Notes under the pieces: generated by a model
Told to the model about the DNA's origin: nothing
Databases searched by the model: none
Seen by the model: only the letters and a program-made list of their open reading frames with translations
Shown: one piece after another, positions 29,281 to 40,089 of the stretch
How positions within the stretch are numbered: the first letter of the stretch is position 1
Layout of the letters: every line of letters begins with the position of its first letter
Virus record (IMG/VR): IMGVR_UViG_3300021371_000004
Location: 35,049-99,048 of that record
DNA: 64,000 nt
Reading direction: 5' to 3' (one strand)
DNA from: a virus
Translations under genes and position numbers: made by a program

Positions 29281-30765
29281 TTATAGATCGATTACGACCT
29301 TAATGTCTTCTGTTTGATCGTTGTCTCTTGAAACTGCTGCTCTATTGTCTATGTATATGACATCTCCGGTGTGGACATCAACCTCGGCGGGGCGCAGTGA
29401 AGGGATACCAGTAGGTGGAGCCAGAAGAGTTGCAGTACCACCACCACCTGAGATATTGATCCCATCTATATCTCCGAATTCGTCAAACCCAGTTTCTCTT
29501 GTTTGATGGACATACAAGATACCATTTCCATCATAGTAGTCGACAACAGCTTTGGCATTTCCTCCAGTGGACTGGGAAACTATTTGATCTCCTGTGATAT
29601 TTTCTGGGGACAAACTTCCAGTGGTCACATATAATTTCTTGAGAGCAGAAAGTGTTGCTTCTGTCGCTTCTGGCGTTCCAGGGAAACCAGGTAGAGTGGC
29701 AGAATCTTTATGAGGGTTTCGATAAATTCCTATTTGACGAAAATCATTCGTCACTTGGAAATCGCCATTCTCCGTGCCGTCAAGGAGTACGTTGAACATC
29801 ATGGCAGAAGAGTTCAAAGACAAAACTGGGTTACCAGCAACACCGGAATCCCCCGAAAGAATTGCGCGAAGTTTTGCGTTGCCCGAAACACTTATAGAAG
29901 CATCTCGGTAGTTTTGTCCGAACTCGAAGTCGGGGTCTGTAGAATCTGCTTTCATGATAACATCAGTTATGACGCCTCCGGAAACTTTAGCAGAAGCAGA
30001 AGCAGATACAATAGTGTTCGAACCAAGCGGAACACCCGTGATAGTTATGGTCGGAGCAGAAGTGTACGAACTCCCTGCGTTGTCAATTGCGATGCCAAGA
30101 ATTTGTCCTGGAACAGATGCGTTCTGTATTGACCTCTGTTGTAATCGGGAAACAGAAAGTTGGTCATCTGCTGGTCCACCCGCTGATACATCGATAATTC
30201 TTTCGACGGGCATATATGTTGACGTGAGAAACTTCCGCGCTTCTGCTGTACCAACATTGTAAAGGAATTGCCAGTAATAATCATCACCGCCAGTAAAAAC
30301 CTCACCAGTGGTGTTATTTGGTTTGAAGAGAGAAGACTTTGGTGCGCCTGCAGATGTCTTACCCTGAGCGACACAAATGAAGACGTTGTTGTCGTCCGTT
30401 AAAACGTAATATGGGTCAGGGGATGCTGCGCCAGAAGAAGTAACGCCAGAAACAACCTCTGTGTTGGAACCATATTTGCTGTCCCAAGCACTGTAAGAAT
30501 TGCCAGCAACCCAAGGGAATCTTGGGACAACGTATGAGACATCTGGGACAAGTTTCATTGACTGGACAGAAGAACGAAAGGTCAACTCATCATCAATGCC
30601 AGAATAGGGAATGGGCGGAGTTGCTTCATCATCCCACTCCTGAGAACGCCCGATAGCAATGTAGTGCCTATCAGAGTCCCCAACAGGTGTTCCTATATTT
30701 TGCGTCCTATTAAAGACAGAGAGAAGGAGGTCTCTCTTAAATTGGTCTGTTATCGTGGCACTCAT
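29281..30765 (-). CDS. gp8: Baseplate wedge subunit
   Basis: SATITDQF, YVLTDDNNVFIC, DFRQIGI and YIDNR...QTEDIKVVI motifs. Confidence 0.92.
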   Translation of the reverse strand: MSATITDQFKRDLLLSVFNRTQNIGTPVGDSDRHYIAIGRSQEWDDEATPPIPYSGIDDELTFRSSVQSMKLVPDVSYVVPRFPWVAGNSYSAWDSKYGSNTEVVSGVTSSGAASPDPYYVLTDDNNVFICVAQGKTSAGAPKSSLFKPNNTTGEVFTGGDDYYWQFLYNVGTAEARKFLTSTYMPVERIIDVSAGGPADDQLSVSRLQQRSIQNASVPGQILGIAIDNAGSSYTSAPTITITGVPLGSNTIVSASASAKVSGGVITDVIMKADSTDPDFEFGQNYRDASISVSGNAKLRAILSGDSGVAGNPVLSLNSSAMMFNVLLDGTENGDFQVTNDFRQIGIYRNPHKDSATLPGFPGTPEATEATLSALKKLYVTTGSLSPENITGDQIVSQSTGGNAKAVVDYYDGNGILYVHQTRETGFDEFGDIDGINISGGGGTATLLAPPTGIPSLRPAEVDVHTGDVIYIDNRAAVSRDNDQTEDIKVVIDL

Positions 30766-30795
30766 TGTTTGTTTATTCCTCGCAAATTGTATCTT

Positions 30796-30803
30796 TATTT
30801 ATA
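30796..30803 (-). promoter_or_regulatory. Late promoter
   Basis: Exact TATAAATA upstream of gp8. Confidence 0.8.
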
Positions 30804-30810
30804 ACAGATC

Positions 30811-32094
30811 TCAGTCGTTATATCCGTATATTGGTGTTCTATTACCGGCACCGTCTGAATCCACTGGATGTAGATAGTCATAATGCCAAACGTCTTCGTC
30901 AATAAGGTTAATGGTGTTTGACATATCAGCGTATGTATCGTCTAATGTTCTGGAGTTTATGTCGTCAGCATCAGACATGGAACCGTATTGCGTGTGCCAG
31001 TTTTCCACTGTCTGCGGTCTAACTTGATCATTGATTCTAGAAAGGACTTTATAACCATTGGGACCAGGACCAATTTCTGCATACGAAGTAGTGTGTAGTC
31101 CCATGCCACCCTGCGCCAACATAACAGGAGCAGAAGCTTCGAGAAGAACAGGAGGTGGTGGTTGTATAGTCGCGTCGGGCATAGAACCCAGTTTTGAACT
31201 AACCCACCAAGAAGGCAGCGGTGTCTGGTCGCCAAATCCATATACAGAAGAAAGACCCACTTGACCAGAAAGAAACATCCCAGCTGGGTGCACGAAAGTT
31301 TTGTACGCTTCGCGCCAGAGATTAACCGAGATGGGAGTATTTATCTCTATGCCATAGCGTTGGTAAAATCCATTATCGGTTATTTTCCTGTCAGTAACAT
31401 CCGAACCGATTGCGCTCGACCCAGGAACAGATGTCACAACACGAATCTTATTACCTTCTGGCAAGAAACCGCTTTGAGTATTAAAATCTGCATCGTTGTG
31501 TTCGAGGAGAACAACCTGCTTTGAGTCATACAAAACATCATAGTGTGTGCCTTGTGTCATAGGTTGCAGGTCGTCACCGAATAGAACATCGACCACCCCG
31601 TTCGCGAAAGTGAAATCAAAGTAACTTTCTTCTTGACCCGAACCAGTATACTCGAGATTTTCTTCGCTCGGTCTACCGATTGAAAAAGTCGCATCGTCTC
31701 CGTATGTCACTTCTACATCAACAGAGAAGAATGTACGAAAAAATTGTTTGATAGAAAACTCCGTACCCTTAGAACGATATAACAAACTCGAGAACTGGAG
31801 GGCGGAACGCTTATCATCAAATGCTTCGAAATATGGTTTTCCTAAAAGTAGTTCGTTTGATATGAACGAAAGAAACTCTTCTTTTGTCTGGGTTATGTCT
31901 CTTACAGACATTACATCGCGTATATTAGAAACTGGGTTACTTGGTTCTTCTAGACTCTCGTAGTATTTTTCCAGAAAGTTTACTAATTTCGTATACTTAT
32001 CATCAAAGTGTTCGGGCAGAGCACCATAAACTTCATAACGATCGAGTTTGAGGTCGCGGCGATAAGTATCTGTTATAGTTTTGTCAAGAGACAT
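30811..32094 (-). CDS. gp7: Baseplate wedge initiator (short gp7-like)
   Basis: FLEKYYE, YRSKGTEFSIKQFFR and YKTFVHPAGM motifs; lies between gp6 and gp8. Confidence 0.8.
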   Translation of the reverse strand: MSLDKTITDTYRRDLKLDRYEVYGALPEHFDDKYTKLVNFLEKYYESLEEPSNPVSNIRDVMSVRDITQTKEEFLSFISNELLLGKPYFEAFDDKRSALQFSSLLYRSKGTEFSIKQFFRTFFSVDVEVTYGDDATFSIGRPSEENLEYTGSGQEESYFDFTFANGVVDVLFGDDLQPMTQGTHYDVLYDSKQVVLLEHNDADFNTQSGFLPEGNKIRVVTSVPGSSAIGSDVTDRKITDNGFYQRYGIEINTPISVNLWREAYKTFVHPAGMFLSGQVGLSSVYGFGDQTPLPSWWVSSKLGSMPDATIQPPPPVLLEASAPVMLAQGGMGLHTTSYAEIGPGPNGYKVLSRINDQVRPQTVENWHTQYGSMSDADDINSRTLDDTYADMSNTINLIDEDVWHYDYLHPVDSDGAGNRTPIYGYND

Positions 32095-32098
32095 GTGA

Positions 32099-34006
32099 TT
32101 ACCTAGTGTCTACAAGAATTTCTTGGTTAAATGACTCTTCTGCGTCATATCGGATTATATTGTTTCTGACGGAATCTATCACTGACTGGTTTGCGGGAAC
32201 CGCAAAAACTTTGATATAGTTGATCGATGAGGGAATAGATTGTACACTCAGGGAATTTATCGTAACCCTTCCCGTGGAAGTATCATAAGAACCTATATTA
32301 TCTATAATAACCTCGCCATCAGAAGACCGAACCATCTCCAAGGTTGTCGTTGGCACTTCCTCAAACACAACCGGACTTGCTCCTTCTTCAGATATTATGA
32401 CTCTTTGGTTTAGTTTATTTCTTATATACGCTTCTTCGTTCTCATAATTAAAAGAGGAAGTGTAGACAGTTTTGTCAGAAGAAACTTCCGGGTCGCGAAT
32501 GTTTGATGGGAAATAGACATCATAATCCTTAGTGGTACCAAGTTGCGGAACAATTCTCCTACTAAGTATAACATTTGCTCGGGAAGAAAGAACAGAAGGA
32601 TCTGTCGCATCGACGGCAGTCAACATGTTTGATTGGCGAAACACCTGAGAAAACTTACCAGTATTCTCTTCGAAATAATTGTTCACTGAGTTCTCGACAG
32701 ATTCCCTAATTGTAGCAGCAGATAAACCAGACAAAGCAGGGTTGAACTGAAAGAAAACTTCTGTCGATATATATGTCACGACAGGATCTACAAACGTGAG
32801 GGAAAACGAGGCAATTTGGAACTGGTCTGATAGGGAAAGTATACCCTGTCTCGTGTTTGATATTGTTGTTGACGGCAGGTCTTCTTGCCAAACAATGGAG
32901 GTGAAAACTGTCCCGAAGTCTGGTTCGGGATTATCTTCCCCGCCCCAAGATTGTATATCTTCTATGAATGCAGAATACTTCTTTAGAATCAGGGTGGAGT
33001 AGTCATCGGCAGTAACCATTCTATTTTGCGCTGCGAATTGGAATGGCGCATTCTTGCGAATTGATTCGATACCCTCCTTTTCACCGCCACCCGAAGACCT
33101 TGCCGAAGAAGAAATTGTTACGTTGTCAGGATCAACCTCTATGCCGTTGAGGGATATCGAAGAAGTGAGAGTCAGCGTAGAAATTCCGTTTGCGATTTCT
33201 CCATTCGCTCGAAGATATTCAACCTCAACAACATTACCTGCATCAGGCGAAATGCCCAAGGAGGTTCCGTTTCCGAAAGACAACTCATAAAAACCGTTGG
33301 GCGACTCTCGTAACACATAGAGTCTTGATAAAGAACTAATGTTGCTGGCATTGAGTAGATTCGTATAAACAGAAAACTCAGCATTTTCTGTTATTGCCGA
33401 ACCTTGGTTCTCATAAACTTTGACAATTGCTGTTGAGGTGTCAATATCTGTGTCAGGGATAACATAAACATCATCAGAAGAATTGCCTACGATAAACTGA
33501 CTCTTTCTTTTTTCCCCCTCGTATACAATTACGGGTTCATCAGGAGAAGCGGAAGGGAAGAAAGTGTATATCCCGTCAGACCTGTTTGCCTTTAGCGCAA
33601 CCCTGTTTGTGAAGGTGTAGTCTCTATCGTCCCTTTCTCCGCGCAGAACTAACTCGCCTGGCTGCAGGGTGTAATTTTCTAGCGTCCCAGGAACCCCGAT
33701 CAAATTCGCCGAGAAACTTATAGGAATCTCGGAAGACTTCTTAGAGTCTGGCACATAACCAAGGGACTCTGCGAGAGATATAACAGATGGACGTAACTGT
33801 GCTGTCACGAGAAAAGATTCGTTCAGGGCAAAGTTTGCCTCAAGAGCATTGTAGTGGGTGTTGTACGCCAAAACGTCCAGTATGTTAGAGATACCAGATG
33901 CTTCGAAGTCGTAATCATTGAATTCCCCAGTACCCTTTAAGTATGTCTTGAGGTTTTCTTTAATCGTTTGGAAGTCTAGTTCAGTTGACCGAATTGTTGT
34001 GGACAT
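32099..34006 (-). CDS. gp6: Baseplate wedge subunit
   Basis: LDFQTIKENLK, DVLAYNTHY and AQNRMVTADDY motifs. Confidence 0.96.
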   Translation of the reverse strand: MSTTIRSTELDFQTIKENLKTYLKGTGEFNDYDFEASGISNILDVLAYNTHYNALEANFALNESFLVTAQLRPSVISLAESLGYVPDSKKSSEIPISFSANLIGVPGTLENYTLQPGELVLRGERDDRDYTFTNRVALKANRSDGIYTFFPSASPDEPVIVYEGEKRKSQFIVGNSSDDVYVIPDTDIDTSTAIVKVYENQGSAITENAEFSVYTNLLNASNISSLSRLYVLRESPNGFYELSFGNGTSLGISPDAGNVVEVEYLRANGEIANGISTLTLTSSISLNGIEVDPDNVTISSSARSSGGGEKEGIESIRKNAPFQFAAQNRMVTADDYSTLILKKYSAFIEDIQSWGGEDNPEPDFGTVFTSIVWQEDLPSTTISNTRQGILSLSDQFQIASFSLTFVDPVVTYISTEVFFQFNPALSGLSAATIRESVENSVNNYFEENTGKFSQVFRQSNMLTAVDATDPSVLSSRANVILSRRIVPQLGTTKDYDVYFPSNIRDPEVSSDKTVYTSSFNYENEEAYIRNKLNQRVIISEEGASPVVFEEVPTTTLEMVRSSDGEVIIDNIGSYDTSTGRVTINSLSVQSIPSSINYIKVFAVPANQSVIDSVRNNIIRYDAEESFNQEILVDTR

Positions 34007-34010
34007 ATGT

Positions 34011-34505
34011 TTACCTAAACCTATTCATGTTTACGGATGTCTTAAATCCTTTATTATTTATTTCGAATTCAACCACTATCCGGACGTTGTTGTTGACATA
34101 GGATCCTATATTCGCAATACCAGCAGAGATCAATTCTTCGCCGGAATAGAACTTAACGTCAGTTATAACTGCTCTCGGTTCCCAACGCTTGACCGAAGTC
34201 TCTATCCTGTCTTTAAGGTATGATACAGAATATTCCGCTGAATGTTCGAACAACATCTCACGAAGATTTGCACCAAAAGAAGGTTCGAATGGTTTCTCGA
34301 GAGTATTCGTGAGCAAAAGATTCTCGACCGATTGTTGTACTGCGCGGTAATCCAATTTCTTATAAATGTCACCGCTGAAATTTCCTTCTGTGTCCGGACT
34401 ACCGACTTTGGGCGTAAAGGAGAGGTCTATATCGGAATAGAATTTCTTCTTTGCCGTTACCTTGGTTCCTTTCGAAAGTCCAGGAGTTACTCTTTGCAGT
34501 GCCAT
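34011..34505 (-). CDS. gp25: Baseplate wedge / sheath initiator
   Basis: YSDIDLSF, SVENLLLTN.LEKPFEPSFG and WEPR motifs. Confidence 0.93.
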   Translation of the reverse strand: MALQRVTPGLSKGTKVTAKKKFYSDIDLSFTPKVGSPDTEGNFSGDIYKKLDYRAVQQSVENLLLTNTLEKPFEPSFGANLREMLFEHSAEYSVSYLKDRIETSVKRWEPRAVITDVKFYSGEELISAGIANIGSYVNNNVRIVVEFEINNKGFKTSVNMNRFR

Positions 34506-34532
34506 CTTGCGCTCCAGTTAATCTGCTGTATC

Positions 34533-34540
34533 TATTTATA
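34533..34540 (-). promoter_or_regulatory. Late promoter
   Basis: Exact TATAAATA upstream of gp25. Confidence 0.8.
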
Positions 34541-34546
34541 CGCAGA

Positions 34547-36841
34547 TCAACCAACTATTTCAACAAGATCATATCCGCCGAACATCCTTCTGTTGTAGTA
34601 AGAACATACTTTCATCTCAAAGGTTGCTTCGAATGAACTGGTCACCTTCGGCATAACAACAATCAATTGCTGCGAAAGAGTTCCGTCCGGTCTCGTCATA
34701 TCGTAATCCAGACTGAGTTGGTCGAAGAAGAAGGTGTCTCGGATATACAAAGCAAGGTCAAATGTTGCACTGTAGTCAACCTTTCCTGCCTTGTTGTATA
34801 GCGTGTAAACTACTGCACGACCTTCGTTCTTCAATTCGTTTATTGTTGGGCGACCAGAAACTATTGAGCGTTGACTTTTACAATTGCCGTCTGTTGCTTT
34901 ATATGGTTCTCTCCACAAACGACTTTCGACAGGTTCTTCGGGAGTATATGCTTCCCTGATTCCATTAGATGGTTTATAATAACCTTCAGTTACCTGCAAC
35001 CTGTATGAGGAAAATTCTTTAAGAGAAGATACTCCTTCCATCAACCATGCGTGCAGGTACCATTGCCTTGCCAGATCTTGGCGAACATTTATGAGAGGGA
35101 TTGAATCCAAAGAGCATCTTGAACCAGGACAACCAAGGAACTTCGAAATTGTCGTAGACTTTGACAACTTGGTTGAACTTGTTATGGGTGCGCTATGTCT
35201 GTCTGGGTTATAGACTGGATCAGCGAGGATAGTTCTCTTGTCGCTCCCTCTGTTCTTTGGAGTGAACTTCTTCGACAACCTTTCAAGTGGGTTGCCCAGT
35301 AAGGTGTACCCAAAGCGAGGTGTTGGTTCTGCTTGCCCTGTCCTTGTCACCTTATACTGCCCAGTTGGCAGGGGTTGCGAGTAAGAAGCATGAACACGAT
35401 TTTCCGCGACGAGGTTCTTTATACAAAGGGCACCATCGGTCTGCCTCTCTGGAGAAGTGGATAAATCATCTGCCCCGTCCATGGTTCTTAGTTTGGAACG
35501 AATCTCTGGAGTTGAAGGAGTCCAATGAAAGTAATTGGTGTATGTGTCAAACTTGGATATCTTTGACTCGATTGTTCCATCTGGGTCAACAATGACCGTT
35601 CTCACTGCATATGGGGAGACTTTATTATAAACCTCCCACCAGTCTGCGGATGTAGAATATTTTCCGGCGAGATTGTCAGGCAATCTATTTTTGGATTGGT
35701 TCCATGCTGGTCGAGGGTTCCAACCCCAACCACCATCTGCTTCGTCAAACACGTAGTCTGGTTTTGTTGTGAGTAATGTAGGGGTAAACGCCTGGATATC
35801 CACCGAGGTCTCGTTCGCAGCGAATGCTTCTGATGCATATTCTGCATATTTCGAAACATGTGCTTCCTCGGAAAACTTTGCATACTTGCAAGTCCATGAT
35901 TCAAGCGCACGACCTATAAGGTTTCCTTGGAAGGTGGTGTCCTTTCCATTATCGCCGCCCTCGCCACCGCCAGTGAACAACGAACCTATGTGGTGCCAAC
36001 CTTCGCCGCCTATCTTACCAGTTGCTCCTGTGACAACGACATCCTTACCTGAAATGACTGCGTTCTGTCCAGAGGAAGTGCTGAAAGTATCCTGTGCTGT
36101 CAGACGATTATTTCTTCCCGCGTTGACGATGAAGTCTTTAGCGACAATTGTACGAACGTCTTTCTTGGCGACAACCTTCAACTCGGAGGAATAGAACTCG
36201 AAAGCATCACCCCAGACGCGCACGTCTTTGTTTCCACGAACCAAGGTGCTGTGTATGTCACCAACTTCTGTTATGTGGGAACCATTGACAGAGTGGTTGA
36301 AGTTTGAACCAACGCGCAGGTTATAGGTGCCACCGACATCGACGTTATAGTCTCCGTTGACAGTCAGGTTCAGGTCACCGTCATAAGTTAAGTTGCCTTG
36401 CCCTGTGACGACCAGTTCATCATCTGCGCCAACCACGCGAACTTGGTTTGCTCGAGAGGCAACAACAACAGAACCGTCTTGCTTTAACTCAACCCCTGCT
36501 CCGGTGCGATGCTTTATCAGAACCCTTTCGTTTCCTGGGGTGTCATCTATCTCGAAGGAATGTCCGGTTGGGGTAGTGTTTGACTGGTTGAACGGATAAA
36601 TCGAAGAAGTCGGAAAGGGCACATCAAAACTAACGCCTATGGAAGAACCACCAACCCAGAGTTCGTTTATAGTAACACCCCGAGCAGTACTGCTGATGCT
36701 AGATGAGAACCAGTTTTCTCTATAAGGGTATTCTCCGGTCGGGTCTGCCATGCCGTCACGAGAAATACCCAATGTAGATTCTTTCGCAATGCCGTCTTCC
36801 TTGGCAAGGCGATTTTCAATTTTATTATCAATTGTGGTCAA
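34547..36841 (-). CDS. gp5 C-terminal part (beta-helix spike) with additional C-terminal domain
   Basis: DPTGEYP, YPFNQ...GHSFEIDDTPGNER...HRTG and VxG beta-helix repeats. Confidence 0.85.
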   Translation of the reverse strand: MTTIDNKIENRLAKEDGIAKESTLGISRDGMADPTGEYPYRENWFSSSISSTARGVTINELWVGGSSIGVSFDVPFPTSSIYPFNQSNTTPTGHSFEIDDTPGNERVLIKHRTGAGVELKQDGSVVVASRANQVRVVGADDELVVTGQGNLTYDGDLNLTVNGDYNVDVGGTYNLRVGSNFNHSVNGSHITEVGDIHSTLVRGNKDVRVWGDAFEFYSSELKVVAKKDVRTIVAKDFIVNAGRNNRLTAQDTFSTSSGQNAVISGKDVVVTGATGKIGGEGWHHIGSLFTGGGEGGDNGKDTTFQGNLIGRALESWTCKYAKFSEEAHVSKYAEYASEAFAANETSVDIQAFTPTLLTTKPDYVFDEADGGWGWNPRPAWNQSKNRLPDNLAGKYSTSADWWEVYNKVSPYAVRTVIVDPDGTIESKISKFDTYTNYFHWTPSTPEIRSKLRTMDGADDLSTSPERQTDGALCIKNLVAENRVHASYSQPLPTGQYKVTRTGQAEPTPRFGYTLLGNPLERLSKKFTPKNRGSDKRTILADPVYNPDRHSAPITSSTKLSKSTTISKFLGCPGSRCSLDSIPLINVRQDLARQWYLHAWLMEGVSSLKEFSSYRLQVTEGYYKPSNGIREAYTPEEPVESRLWREPYKATDGNCKSQRSIVSGRPTINELKNEGRAVVYTLYNKAGKVDYSATFDLALYIRDTFFFDQLSLDYDMTRPDGTLSQQLIVVMPKVTSSFEATFEMKVCSYYNRRMFGGYDLVEIVG

Positions 36842-38370
36842 AAGGTTTTCTCCAAAACATCAGTTTCTTTATTTAGAGCAGAAGGAGTTGACAAGATTAC
36901 ACCTTTTCTGGATACCTGGGGTTCCTCCAGTCTTTTTATTACTTCTGTTGGGGAAAACGCCGTTTGTTTATACGGGTTCGTGTAGAGACTACTTTTGTTG
37001 AAGTTGTTGAACACATAGTCTCTGACGTCGAACCCAGGATCCTCTTGATTGGGGTCGATGTCCATGTGTCCAAGTGCTTGTCCGCCAGGAAATTGTTGAA
37101 AGAAAGTTCTCATTATTTGATAGAAAGAATTATATTGAGAAAGAGTTATAGAACGAGAAGAAGCAACTTCATATAGGTTCTCAGAACCACTTGACGTATT
37201 CAATCCGCCAACAAAGCAAACCCCGATGGAATACCTATTGTGTCCGAGGGTGTTGCAGTGATTTCCTTGCGCATTTAAGGGCAGTCCTCTCTCTACGGAA
37301 CCATCACGTCGAATTATAAAGTGGTAAGCATTATCTCCCGCTCCCGTGAGTTCGGTTAGTTGCGCAGCACTCAGGTTTGCGTTAGTATAGGTTTCTGACC
37401 AATGAACAATTATCTCAGAGACTTCTCTGGTGATACTCGACATTTCTGCCTCAAGTTCCTCTACAGAAGATATGAAACTTCCTTCGGGATTTATGGTGTC
37501 TGCGTCTATGAGAAATGCGTTGGGAGAAGGAAGTTCTTCTGTCTGCTCTATAGTTCCCGCTATGGTCCCACGAATCTGCCCAGAAGTTTTGGTCAAGGAA
37601 TTCATAGAAACTTCGGTTTCGCTCGCGCCTTTAATGTAAGCAGCTGCGTATGTGTCTCTTTGTTGTTCGGACAAGGAGTCCAGTTCAACATTACCAAACT
37701 CATCTGCAGTGGAGTCAACGAGACTCCTAACCAGAGGGTTTTCGGAAACAGAAGAAATTTGAGGAAGATCTTCTGCGATATTAAATGTCCCGCTTCCTTG
37801 AAGGAATGTGGCAACTAAATCCGGAGATACGTTTGACAGTTCGGATTGAGAAAGAACAGAACCCAAAGAAGCATCTACAACCGCCTTAACGTTTCCTGTT
37901 AGTTGACTAACCATCCCAGCAAGGTTGTCTCCGATACCGAACTTACCGAGAACAGCATCAAACCCTCCGGTCATTTCTAACAGTTTTCTCTCATACTGAT
38001 TTATAAACATATTCAGTTGGTCGTCTATAACAGAACCGACATCGAAAGTGCCCGAAGAAATGTTACCAAACACGCTGTTGGATTTTAAAACAGATGTCAA
38101 AGAATCTAACGACAAAGAAGGGGTGAAGGGAAGCATTATTCCTGCAACTATATCATACACCTCGGTAGGGATATTCCCTGGAATGTCTGTATCGATGTCA
38201 GAAAGATATTCGCTTATGGTGTTTACTATCTCGTTTCGAATAGGTTCGGGCATAGTGCCGCCCGACAAAATAGAGAGGTCTTCCACGGCACCGGTAGCAC
38301 TTTGAATCCCTGTTGCAACGATGTTGTTAAATTCTGATTGAAAAGGAATTGCCATATTAAGAATTACCAT
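36838..38370 (-). CDS. Virion-associated N-acetylmuramoyl-L-alanine amidase (Amidase_2 domain at C-terminus)
   Basis: IIVHWS, YHFIIRRDG..ERG, SIGVCFVGG and GH...DPGF motifs. Confidence 0.85.
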   Translation of the reverse strand: MVILNMAIPFQSEFNNIVATGIQSATGAVEDLSILSGGTMPEPIRNEIVNTISEYLSDIDTDIPGNIPTEVYDIVAGIMLPFTPSLSLDSLTSVLKSNSVFGNISSGTFDVGSVIDDQLNMFINQYERKLLEMTGGFDAVLGKFGIGDNLAGMVSQLTGNVKAVVDASLGSVLSQSELSNVSPDLVATFLQGSGTFNIAEDLPQISSVSENPLVRSLVDSTADEFGNVELDSLSEQQRDTYAAAYIKGASETEVSMNSLTKTSGQIRGTIAGTIEQTEELPSPNAFLIDADTINPEGSFISSVEELEAEMSSITREVSEIIVHWSETYTNANLSAAQLTELTGAGDNAYHFIIRRDGSVERGLPLNAQGNHCNTLGHNRYSIGVCFVGGLNTSSGSENLYEVASSRSITLSQYNSFYQIMRTFFQQFPGGQALGHMDIDPNQEDPGFDVRDYVFNNFNKSSLYTNPYKQTAFSPTEVIKRLEEPQVSRKGVILSTPSALNKETDVLEKTF

Positions 38371-39175
38371 TTGTCGGGGATATGTAGTCGAGTATCTTTT
38401 TTCTATCGTCCTCTGATACTGTCATGCCTTTCTTTGGACCGAAGGATGACATAGAAACCGAGGGGGTGGAACCATCATACATACCAGTCTGTCCGTCGAT
38501 ATTATCTCGCAGTAACCTGTTAATACTCTCTGGAGCAGCAGAATTTATTATGATCATAGGATAATTGTTTCTCTCGTTATCAAGGTGGTACAGAGAAGAA
38601 TCGTTAAATTCACTAGGCGTTGTTGCAGAAGCAGAAGGCGTAGAAGTAGAAGGTTGAACATTGATGCCAGAAACGCTCTCAACTATCTGGGTGTATGAAT
38701 AAGTTGCCGTCGACGTTTGCTCGAATTCCCATTCAATGCCAAAAAGTGGTCCGGCATCGGAGAATAAAAGCGCACCGTCTCTTGCGCCAACCACGCTCTC
38801 GAATTTTTCACCGCCATTGGCGTCATGCGAGGAAAAACCGCTGTTCTTGATGAGGTTACCTTGTCCAGGAACCTCCATCTCTCCGTGAATATAAACAATG
38901 CCAGTGCCATAGGTGACATTGTCTATGTCAGTGACTTCTTCTGTGACAGAAACCCAACCGTCTTGTCTACCCTGTTGCTCTGGGTCACCAGAAGTGGAGT
39001 AGAAGTTTCCGAATCTCTCGAAGTCCCTGTTCGAATACCTGCCAATCTTCGACATATTGGCGATAAACCAAGCACGTATTGTCGCCGCATGGGTGTTGAC
39101 CAGACCACTGAGGTCGACTTGGTCGTATATGCTTCTAACGTATGAATTTACTTCTGATAATCTTATCTTTGCCAT
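38357..39175 (-). CDS. Hypothetical protein in hub cluster
   Basis: 272-aa ORF coupled to its neighbours. Confidence 0.7.
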   Translation of the reverse strand: MAKIRLSEVNSYVRSIYDQVDLSGLVNTHAATIRAWFIANMSKIGRYSNRDFERFGNFYSTSGDPEQQGRQDGWVSVTEEVTDIDNVTYGTGIVYIHGEMEVPGQGNLIKNSGFSSHDANGGEKFESVVGARDGALLFSDAGPLFGIEWEFEQTSTATYSYTQIVESVSGINVQPSTSTPSASATTPSEFNDSSLYHLDNERNNYPMIIINSAAPESINRLLRDNIDGQTGMYDGSTPSVSMSSFGPKKGMTVSEDDRKKILDYISPTNGNS

Positions 39176-40089
39176 TACCTACCACCAAGGGACTTGAATA
39201 TACTTTCCGCTTTAGATTCTGCGGTTGCTTGATCGCAAACAGTGTTTGGGTGGACAAAATTCTTAACGAGGATGGCCACTTGGCCATTGCCATTTTGTTC
39301 TATGCCGTCGACCACCTGGCCATATTCTGTACCCTTTATAGAACGACACCTCGTCATCTTAGAGTAGGCGACAGAATTACTGGTCTTTATCTCTTGCAGT
39401 ATATACATTAGTTGCCCAGAAAAATCTTCCACTGTGCGCGAAGGCGATAACCTCTGAATATATGCAGTGAATCTGGCGAATCTCGGAGAATTATTCGGCC
39501 AACCAGCAAGACCGAAACCATTTTCGGTTTGATTCGAGCGCAACCCGCTTATGGTTTCCAATACCCCAGTCACAGAAGAAGCTTCTTTCGCAGACAACCC
39601 ATTATCTATAAAGAAAGCAGCGACATCATATGCCCCAAGTGGTTCAGAGTTTTCTGGTTCTTGTCCCTGATTAAAAACAGGATCTTGCATCTGAGAATTT
39701 GATTGTTGAAACTCGTAAGAAAATGGGTTTGCTGCTATGTCTGTTCTCCCAGAAGCTTGCACGGAGGATGGGTATTCCACTCTCGGCAGGGAACCAAGTA
39801 CCATCGGAAGTTGAGAATGTTTTCCATCAAGGAACATCCCGAACACAAGGGTTCCAGGAAGTATTTGGCAATGTGTACCGAAACCAGAACCACCAAAGGT
39901 GTCGCTTGGCGTCATAACCTGCGCCCAAGGGAGGTCGACTTGGGGGATGTCGTTGACGTCTCTCGAGTGTATGCCGTGAACGCGAACTTGTATTCTGCCT
40001 TCCAATCCATACGGCGGGGAATTATCTATTACTGTAGCAACGAACCAACGAAAATCGTCCCCATAATACTCATGATTGAAAACGCTCAT
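39175..40089 (-). CDS. gp5: gp5 N-terminal OB-fold fused to a phage-tail-lysozyme-like domain
   Basis: GRIQVRVHGIH, DLPWAQV and VFGMFLDG...PMVLGS; C-terminal GFGLAGW. Confidence 0.85.
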   Translation of the reverse strand: MSVFNHEYYGDDFRWFVATVIDNSPPYGLEGRIQVRVHGIHSRDVNDIPQVDLPWAQVMTPSDTFGGSGFGTHCQILPGTLVFGMFLDGKHSQLPMVLGSLPRVEYPSSVQASGRTDIAANPFSYEFQQSNSQMQDPVFNQGQEPENSEPLGAYDVAAFFIDNGLSAKEASSVTGVLETISGLRSNQTENGFGLAGWPNNSPRFARFTAYIQRLSPSRTVEDFSGQLMYILQEIKTSNSVAYSKMTRCRSIKGTEYGQVVDGIEQNGNGQVAILVKNFVHPNTVCDQATAESKAESIFKSLGGR

